From assembly GCF_044789845.1 (NCBI RefSeq), contig NZ_CP085252.1, forward strand, positions 224,684 to 248,683: 24,000 bases of DNA. Reading direction: 5' to 3'. Shown in pieces: positions 17,405 through 24,000 of this stretch (position 1 is its first letter; every line of letters starts with the position of its first letter). The notes under the pieces are model-generated. The model made no database searches. It was not told the DNA's origin and saw only the letters and a list, made by a program, of their open reading frames with translations. Source of the DNA: Jeotgalibacillus malaysiensis. Its GTDB lineage: Bacteria; Bacillota; Bacilli; Bacillales; Jeotgalibacillaceae. A program made the position numbers and the translations under genes.

Positions 17405-17691
17405 GTTTTTTCAGCCGCATCATCAATATGATAAATTTCTGCTTCACGAGTCCCATCCCCATATCCACGGATATAATGACCTTCAATTCTCTGTAATACG
17501 TGGTTTAGGTTTTCAGCATAAGGCCTATATTTATATTTCTTAAAATCCAATTTCATTTGTTCACCAGTTTCCTGGAAGAAGTAAGCCAGATTTTGAACTT
17601 CCAGATTAGAAAGGCGATATCCAATAGCTGAATAGCTATCCATCTAAGCAATGAGCAGTGCATCAGAGGTTGTCATTTTCAGCTTACTCAT
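17405..17691 (-). pseudogene. Remnant resembling the C-terminal domain of DarG/macro-domain-associated proteins
   Basis: MSKLKMTTSDALLIA*MDSYSAIGYRLSNLEVQNLAYFFQETGEQMKLDFKKYKYRPYAENLNHVLQRIEGHYIRGYGDGTREAEIYH; in-frame TAG at 17644-17646 and 3' end lost at the partial element A. Confidence 0.5.
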
Positions 17692-17868
17692 CTTTCCCAC
17701 CGCCTCATTTCTAAATATACTATTATCATTTTAGCACGTTCATAAATTAATCCACCATAAAAAATCTCCTAATATATAGTTCGGCAAAACACTTTTCGCT
17801 ATACTTAATTCAATAACAATAGAGTTGCACAAGTGTTGAACCTTATCTCAATAAAGGGAGGTGACATC

Positions 17869-18411
17869 ATGTCAATAAAATTAACTGAGGTGAAAAAATC
17901 ACTAAAGGAATACGATCAAAAAGAGCTGATCAGTCTCATTGGAGAGTTGTACAAGCTCAACCCTGAGGTGAAAAACTATCTTTCAGCTAAGTTCAAGGGA
18001 GAAGAGGCTGTTGAAGTACTCTTTGAAGAAGCCCAAAAGAAAGTCAAGAATGTATTTTTCCCGGACAGAGGATTCGGCAAACTGTCTTTAGCTACTGCTA
18101 AAAAAGTCATATCGGATTTTAAGAAGCAGACTGGTGATGAGGAAAAGACGACCGAATTGATGTTTTATTATGTGAAACTCGGTACTGAATTTACTGCTAT
18201 GTATGGGGATATTGACGGAGCCTTTTATTCAAGTATGGCGAACACTTTTGCGCAGGTAGTAGAGGTGATAGATACTTCCTATGAGCGGGTGGCTTCTTAT
18301 GAAGATAGACTTCAATCTATTTTAGAGGAGGCTGCACAAGTCGGCTGGGGATATCCGGATGCGCTTAGTGAAATTTATTATGATATGGAGTTTCGCGATG
18401 AGGAAGAATGA
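17869..18411 (+). CDS. DUF6155-family protein
   Basis: RBS GGGAGGTG then ATG at 17869. MSIKLTEVKKSLKEYDQKELISLIGELYKLNPEVKNYLSAKF...FPDRGFGKLSLATAKKVISDFKK. Confidence 0.75.
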   Translation: MSIKLTEVKKSLKEYDQKELISLIGELYKLNPEVKNYLSAKFKGEEAVEVLFEEAQKKVKNVFFPDRGFGKLSLATAKKVISDFKKQTGDEEKTTELMFYYVKLGTEFTAMYGDIDGAFYSSMANTFAQVVEVIDTSYERVASYEDRLQSILEEAAQVGWGYPDALSEIYYDMEFRDEEE

Positions 18412-18451
18412 AATAAGTTGTCAGTATGTTTACCTTAGGACAAAAAAACTC

Positions 18452-18695
18452 TCCCTGTCCTCAAAACTATTCTGAAAATAAAAGTTAGAAAGCTGTCCCT
18501 GTGTTGAACACAACTCCCACACAATTTTACTTGTTTATATAACAAGAATGAATTGTGTGGGATTTTTTCTGACACAGGGACATTCTATTTTGTTTTTCAG
18601 TGGTTTATATCTGATTTCAGGTGAAAAATGAAAACGGGTGATTACGTTGAACTCTCAATCTCTTATTTATTTGGGAATTATTTTTAGGACAGGGA
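18452..18695. repeat. Element A-like ends flanking a nested element B
   Basis: TCCCTGTCCTCAAAACTATTCTGAAAAT at the left and AGGACAGGGA at 18686-18695. Interior right of element B does not match other A copies well. Confidence 0.5.
18494..18582. repeat. Short inverted-repeat element B, copy 2 (89 bp)
   Basis: TGTCCCTGTGT ... ACACAGGGACA 11-bp perfect ends; internal CCCACACAATT/AATTGTGTGGG and CTTGTT-TATAT-AACAAG stems. Confidence 0.85.
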
Positions 18696-18784
18696 GCAAA
18701 CATACCAATGCACGGTGGCTAGTATTAAAAAGGGGGTTTTATGGATATAACTGATACGAAAAAGCAAAGAAAGGTATCGGTGCC

Positions 18785-20422
18785 ATGTTTTCATTTTCAA
18801 AAAAGAAAAAGAAAAAGCAAAAGATGAAAAGTAGGAATCAACAGGAAAACAGGCCGGATCAATCTGAAAATAAATTACCCAATAACATCGATACCTCCTT
18901 GTCCAAGAATCTTGAAACCATTAAAAAAAGAACCGGAAACAGTTCAGATATAGTCATCCGTCCTTTAAACCTCGGGCATAATCCTAAGGTTAAAACCGCT
19001 ATTGTTTATATTAAAGGGATGGTTGACCAGCAATCTGTAAACGACTTTTTAATCGAACCCATGATTAATCATCCCTCGTTACAAAAACAGCTCGTTCAAC
19101 AAGAGGTGATCGAAATGATCGCCGAAGATGTTATCGCTCTCGGAGGGATTAAAAAAGTGAGTGACTGGGACGGGTTATTTACTGAGTTAATGTCGGGCAA
19201 TACGATTGTCCTTATTGAAGGGACTAAAGAAGCTCTTAGTGCCGGTACCCAGGGCGGTCAGAGACGTTCTATCCAGGAACCGGCTACTGATATTACTATT
19301 CGCGGTCCCAAAGAAGGGTTTACTGAATCTATTGAGACAAATATAGCCATGGTTAGAAGGATTATTAATACGCCTGATTTGTGGACTGAATCCATGAAAA
19401 TCGGCAAAATGACGAAAACTGATGTTTCCATCATGTATATAAATGGCATAGCAAAGAATGAAATCATCGAAGAAGTTCGCAAACGATTAAAAAGGATTGA
19501 TATCGATGGTATCCTGGAATCCGGCTATATTGAACAGCTCATTGAAGATCAGACAAATACCACTTTTCCTACAATACACCATAAGGAGAAGCCCGATGGA
19601 ATAGCAGGAAATCTTCTCGAAGGAAGGGTTGCCATTTTTGTGAATGGGACGCCCTTTGTGCTGCTTGTGCCTGCATTATTTATTGATTTTTTTCAATCAT
19701 CTGAGGATTATTATGAACGTTTTGACATCGCAACAGCCATTCGCTTTTTACGTACCATCATTTTCTTTATATCGCTTGTTGCACCTGCGATCTACATTGC
19801 AGCTACTACCTTTCACCAGGAGATGATTCCAACAGAGTTAGCTATTATTGTCGCTGCACAGAGGGAATCCGTGCCTTTTCCCGCATTTTTCGAAGCACTC
19901 ATCATGGAAATCACTTTTGAAATTTTACGGGAAGCCGGTATCCGTATGCCTAAAGTGATGGGCTCGACGATTTCCATCGTAGGGGCACTGGTTATTGGAC
20001 AGGCTGCTATACAGGCTGGCATTGTTTCACCTGCCATGGTCATTGTCGTGTCCATTACAGCGATTGCCAGTTTCGCGACCCCTTCTTATTCAGTTGGCAT
20101 ATCCGCACGTTTAGTTAGATTTATTTATATGATCAGTGCTGCTACGTTCGGCTTTTATGGAATTATCCTGGTGTTTATCTTCCTGATTGTACACTTATGC
20201 AGCCTCCGTTCATTCGGTGTTCCGTATATGTCACCTTTTGCACCTTTTATTAAGGGTGAAGCTGGAGATACCATTTTGCGCAGACCACTTTGGGCTTACA
20301 AGAAAAGACCACAATTGATTGTCGGTCCAAATGATGTCAGTCAAGGGGAAAATCAGAAACCGCAGCCTCCCGGAACTCGCAACATGAGGAATTCTGAATT
20401 GGGAAAAGGTGAATCGAAATGA
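18785..20422 (+). CDS. GerA-family spore germination receptor subunit A
   Basis: 545 aa; VKTAIVYIKGMVDQQSVNDFLIEPM, GNTIVLIEGTKEALSAGTQGGQRRSIQEPATDITIRGPKEGFTESIETNIAMVRRII, FLIVHLCSLRSFGVPYMSPFAP. Confidence 0.95.
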   Translation: MFSFSKKKKKKQKMKSRNQQENRPDQSENKLPNNIDTSLSKNLETIKKRTGNSSDIVIRPLNLGHNPKVKTAIVYIKGMVDQQSVNDFLIEPMINHPSLQKQLVQQEVIEMIAEDVIALGGIKKVSDWDGLFTELMSGNTIVLIEGTKEALSAGTQGGQRRSIQEPATDITIRGPKEGFTESIETNIAMVRRIINTPDLWTESMKIGKMTKTDVSIMYINGIAKNEIIEEVRKRLKRIDIDGILESGYIEQLIEDQTNTTFPTIHHKEKPDGIAGNLLEGRVAIFVNGTPFVLLVPALFIDFFQSSEDYYERFDIATAIRFLRTIIFFISLVAPAIYIAATTFHQEMIPTELAIIVAAQRESVPFPAFFEALIMEITFEILREAGIRMPKVMGSTISIVGALVIGQAAIQAGIVSPAMVIVVSITAIASFATPSYSVGISARLVRFIYMISAATFGFYGIILVFIFLIVHLCSLRSFGVPYMSPFAPFIKGEAGDTILRRPLWAYKKRPQLIVGPNDVSQGENQKPQPPGTRNMRNSELGKGESK

Positions 20423-21636
20423 AGTGTAAATTTGTTTTTCTTTTTTTAATGGTGACCGGCATCCTATTTGTATCTGGTTGTTGGAATCAGAAGGAGTTAA
20501 ATGATCTTGCAATCATATCTGCCATGGCGATTGATAAAAATGATGATGGCCAATACGTTAAGACGATTCAACTTATCAATCCTGGAAGCGTAGCCGGCGG
20601 ACTTCAGGGAGGCGGGGGCGGACAAAGCCCGGCTGTTACCGTTTATACTGCGACGGGAGACAGTGTAATGCAAGCCCATTTCAACGCTTCATCCAAAATC
20701 TCCCGAAGACTGTATCATGGTCATGCAAATCTGATTGTAGTCAGTGAAGAGCTCGCCAAAGAAGATGGCATTACAACGATTTTAGACGCCTTTGAACGGG
20801 ACCCGGAAATCCGCACAACTTCAAGAATTGTGGTTGCCCATGATACAAAAGCGGGAGATCTCCTTAAATCGTTGACAGCCGTTGAGAAAATTCCTGCTGA
20901 GAAAGTAAACGGCATCTTGAAAGTTACTGCACAATCAAGAGGTGAAAATGTGGAGGTTACTCTTCAGGAAGTGATTAAGTCACTTACTGCCGAAGGGATG
21001 GAACCGGTAATCAGCGGTTTTCGTATGAAAGGGGATATCGAAAAAGGAAAAAAGATGGATAATATTCAACAATCTGAACTCGATACCACCCTGGAAGCTG
21101 ACGGTCTGGCTATTTTCAAAGAAGGAAAGTTGATCGACTGGTATAAAGGTGAAATGTCCAGAGGGGTAATATGGATACTGGATAAAATTGAAGAAACTGA
21201 AGTGGAAATTGACTGGGATGGAAAGAAAAACATCATTGGATATACCGTAATCCGTCAAAAAACAAAAATCTCTGCTGATACAAAAAATGTTCTCCCTGTC
21301 ATCACGATTCACACCAATGCGGAAGGTGACATTCGTGAAGTAAGGACACCAGTTGACCTGACCGATCCTGCAATCATATTGGATTTGGAAAAGGAATTAG
21401 AAAAAGAAATCAAGAGAGAAATAGAAGAAACAATTAAGAAGACCCAGCAAAATAAAACAGACATTTTTGGATTCGGCGAAGTAGTCCATCGTTCCGATCC
21501 TGAGAAATGGAAAGAATTGAAGGGTGATTGGGACGATTCTTACTTTCCGAACTTAAATGTAAAAGTGGAAGTAGAGGTCTTTATTAGACGCAGCGGCCTA
21601 AGAACCAATTCGTATCTTTCTGATATGAAAGAATAA
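20419..21636 (+). CDS. Ger(x)C-family spore germination lipoprotein
   Basis: Lipobox FVSGCWNQKELNDLAIISAMAIDKND; VEVEVFIRRSGLRTN near the C-terminus; ATGA overlap with the upstream gene. Confidence 0.93.
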   Translation: MKCKFVFLFLMVTGILFVSGCWNQKELNDLAIISAMAIDKNDDGQYVKTIQLINPGSVAGGLQGGGGGQSPAVTVYTATGDSVMQAHFNASSKISRRLYHGHANLIVVSEELAKEDGITTILDAFERDPEIRTTSRIVVAHDTKAGDLLKSLTAVEKIPAEKVNGILKVTAQSRGENVEVTLQEVIKSLTAEGMEPVISGFRMKGDIEKGKKMDNIQQSELDTTLEADGLAIFKEGKLIDWYKGEMSRGVIWILDKIEETEVEIDWDGKKNIIGYTVIRQKTKISADTKNVLPVITIHTNAEGDIREVRTPVDLTDPAIILDLEKELEKEIKREIEETIKKTQQNKTDIFGFGEVVHRSDPEKWKELKGDWDDSYFPNLNVKVEVEVFIRRSGLRTNSYLSDMKE

Positions 21637-21663
21637 GCTTGATGGAAATGGAGTGGAAATTTA

Positions 21664-22770
21664 TTGGAAAAGGCAAAAATCAGCGTGCGCCAGCTGTTCG
21701 TGCTCATTGTCTTATTTGTAATTGGCAGTTCCCTACTGGTTCCGCTCGCCATTGAAGCGAAACAGGATGCCTGGCTGGCTATTCTGATTGCATTGGCCGG
21801 CGGCTGTTGCTTATTTTTGGTATATCATGGTCTGTATTCATACTATCCGGATGTCCCACTTACTGAATACGTACAAAAAATATTGGGGAGCGTTTTGGGG
21901 AAAATACTTGCCTTTTTCTATGTGCTCTATTTCATGTATATTTCAGCAAGAGTTATGAGGGATTTTGGGGAATTGCTGGTTAAAGCCTTTTATCCGGAAA
22001 CACCACTGTTTGTCCTGAATGCATTGATGACGATCGTAGTTGTGTATGCAGTTCAAAAGGGGATAGAGGTCTTGGCCAGAACAGGTGAACTGTTCTTTGT
22101 AATCATGGTGCTGCTTGGATTCATTGGCATTATTCTAATTGCGATTGCTGGCATTATCCAGATCTCTAACCTCCAACCGGTACTTGAAGAGGGCTTACAG
22201 CCTGTTATAAAAACGTCTTTTACTACTCTGTACTTTCCATTTGGCGAAGTGATTGTATTTACTATGATTTTGCCCTTTTTGAACAGAACTGAAAAGGCGA
22301 AGAAAACTGGTTTACTTGCACTGGGATTAAGTGGCATATTATTGGCACTTGTAATGGCTGTAAATATCAGCGTTCTCGGTGTGAGTCTCGTTTCACGTTC
22401 ACACTTTCCCCTTCTTTCTACTATACAGAGCATTGAGATCGCAGGTTTTTTGGAGAGGTTGGACATTACTTTTATGCTCGCTGCGATTCTTGGGTGCTTC
22501 TTTAAGATATGTCTTTTTTTCTATGCAGCCGTGGCAGGCACTTCAAATTTGTTCAAGATCAAAGAATCTTCAAAGCTGGCTTATCCAATGGGGGTGGTCG
22601 TCTTACTACTCTCCATAACAATTGCCAGTAATTATTCAGAACATGTTCATGAAGGCCTGAAAGTTGTCCCTCTTTATGTGCATCTGCCTTTTCAAGTGCT
22701 GATTCCACTTATCCTTCTTCTAATCGCTTTTGTTAAAAACAGAAAAAAACCAAGGCAAAATGCATCCTGA
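21664..22770 (+). CDS. GerAB/ArcD/ProY-family spore germination permease
   Basis: 368 aa, about 10 TM; KISVRQLFVLIVLFVIGSSLLVPLA..., YPDVPLTEYVQKILG. Confidence 0.93.
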   Translation: MEKAKISVRQLFVLIVLFVIGSSLLVPLAIEAKQDAWLAILIALAGGCCLFLVYHGLYSYYPDVPLTEYVQKILGSVLGKILAFFYVLYFMYISARVMRDFGELLVKAFYPETPLFVLNALMTIVVVYAVQKGIEVLARTGELFFVIMVLLGFIGIILIAIAGIIQISNLQPVLEEGLQPVIKTSFTTLYFPFGEVIVFTMILPFLNRTEKAKKTGLLALGLSGILLALVMAVNISVLGVSLVSRSHFPLLSTIQSIEIAGFLERLDITFMLAAILGCFFKICLFFYAAVAGTSNLFKIKESSKLAYPMGVVVLLLSITIASNYSEHVHEGLKVVPLYVHLPFQVLIPLILLLIAFVKNRKKPRQNAS

Positions 22771-22820
22771 TTAATTAATTGCGGTAAAGAAGTATTCTCT
22801 TCAGTGGAGCGTGATAAAGA

Positions 22821-23078
22821 ATGAAAATACTAGGCATTTCTATAGTGATATTGGTGTTTTTGATAGGATTTTCCTTAGTAATGGATATACTTTTAGGATT
22901 TGATTTATACACTTCAATTCATAACAACTTAAATCCTTTTCTGGTCATGGAAGTCCCTGAATTAGTTCTTTTCTTTTTCTTGATCATTTATTTACTTGCC
23001 GCCTCTGCTCGTCGCTTTTTTAAAAAAAAGAAGAAAGGAACAGATAAAGATAATAAATACCATCAATCAAAAAAATGA
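22821..23078 (+). CDS. Small two-TM protein at the end of the ger operon
   Basis: 85 aa, two TM helices, basic Lys-rich tail; 50 nt downstream of the permease gene, same strand. Confidence 0.6.
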   Translation: MKILGISIVILVFLIGFSLVMDILLGFDLYTSIHNNLNPFLVMEVPELVLFFFLIIYLLAASARRFFKKKKKGTDKDNKYHQSKK

Positions 23079-23318
23079 TTTCCCGCCTTCGGACACAAGA
23101 ATAAGACGATATTTAATATTTACAAAATCGGTTCCTAAATGCTGTTAAATAATTTTGATAAACTATACTTAGGCCATTTAATTACGGGATATCACTCAGG
23201 AAGAAATTAAAGATCATATTTAGTAAACTAGTGTTATATTTCGATCTTTCTCATTTTTAAAAAATTTCTGAAGTTCTCGAAATTCCAATTGTGAGTGACG
23301 CTTCAAAGTATAAAGAGA

Positions 23319-23367
23319 AAAAAGACGGGGGTTATGCGCTGAAATAAAGCATAGCAACCGTCTTTTA
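23319..23367. terminator. Terminator-like hairpin
   Basis: AAAAGACGG...GTTATGC...GCATAGC...CCGTCTTTT. Confidence 0.65.
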
Positions 23368-23387
23368 CTTTTGTCAGAGTGGAATTC

Positions 23388-23530
23388 TCTCTGTCTTGAA
23401 CACTATCCTGACAATACAAGTCAATCGCATAAGTGAAAGTTAGAATTAAGTGAATAAAGCAACTCTGTATATGCTATTTCAAATAGATATTTTCAGATGT
23501 AAATATTCATCAACGTGTTCATAACAGGGA
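23388..23530. repeat. Short inverted-repeat element A, diverged copy (143 bp)
   Basis: TCTCTGTCTTGAACACTATCCTGACAATACAAGTCAATCGCATAAG...GTAAATATTCATCAACGTGTTCATAACAGGGA. Confidence 0.8.
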
Positions 23531-23670
23531 GTTTTAAAAAAATTGCACTGCCTTACTCCTTTTAGATTTTTATCTGAAGGGGGCATTTCGTTATAAAAGG
23601 ACTTACTTCATTAAGTAGTTATGTGTAGACTGAATTTATAGTAATAATTTACATGATAGATGAAGGAGAT

Positions 23671-24000
23671 ATGATTGGATATTGTGGATTAATTTTTGGT
23701 CGTTTTAATTGCGGTCCCAGAACCAGCCGTGAGATGGTAAAGGAATTGAAGGAACTTCTTATTGCAGCTGAAATTAAACCTCCCTATATTTTAGTAGGTC
23801 ATTCATTCGGTGGAGTGAATATGCGAATGTTTGCAACTGAATATCAAAATGAGGTCTGTGGACTTGTCCTGGTTGACTCTACACCTGAAGATTATAGAGA
23901 AAGATTTCTCCCGACGATGTCACAGGAGTTTCAACAGGCGTACAACAAACAATTCGTCTATGAAGGCAATTATGTTGAATTCATGGAAAGCCTAAAGCAG
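23671..24000 (+). CDS. Alpha/beta hydrolase, partial (runs off the window); N-terminus probably degraded
   Basis: PRTSREMVKELKELLIAAEIKPPYILVGHSFGGVNMRMFATEYQNEVCGLVLVDSTPEDY, with GHSFGG nucleophile elbow; the usual upstream oxyanion-hole region is missing or garbled. Confidence 0.7.
   Translation, partial: MIGYCGLIFGRFNCGPRTSREMVKELKELLIAAEIKPPYILVGHSFGGVNMRMFATEYQNEVCGLVLVDSTPEDYRERFLPTMSQEFQQAYNKQFVYEGNYVEFMESLKQ

Noticed and set aside
19258-20055. Minus-strand ORFs within the GerA subunit gene
   Set aside because: Overlap a well-supported long CDS and lack recognisable features.

Overview
Firmicute (Bacillaceae-like) accessory region. From left to right it contains:
(1) A cadA/cadC cadmium-resistance pair next to a Tn3-family resolvase and transposase. 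The tnpA is frameshifted, and a 39-bp terminal inverted repeat lies at its right end.
(2) A copper-handling block: multicopper oxidase, YdhK/DUF1541 lipoprotein, a membrane protein fused to a cupredoxin domain, CopZ, a SHOCT-like protein and a TauE/CcdA-like membrane protein.
(3) A defence-like, decayed segment. It holds an uncharacterised HTH/zinc-ribbon-like protein behind an 18-bp perfect hairpin, and a minus-strand locus that looks like an undescribed or atypical retron. The retron locus has an RT with NAxxH, YVDD and VTG motifs, a small basic membrane-like ORF overlapping the RT start, and a promoter-driven structured non-coding region of about 265 nt. The same segment has a PBECR-like putative nuclease preceded by a promoter, a structured leader and an intrinsic terminator, plus remnants of a helicase, an ABC permease and a DarG-type protein.
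(4) Two families of short inverted-repeat elements (about 142 bp 'A' and about 89 bp 'B') that sit at pseudogene boundaries, with one B copy nested inside A-like ends.
(5) A GerA-family spore-germination operon (A-C-B plus a small fourth ORF) and the start of an alpha/beta hydrolase gene.
The strongest leads are the retron-like locus (about 12703-14166) and the PBECR leader module (14787-15437). All family names come from reading the protein sequences; no database search was run.
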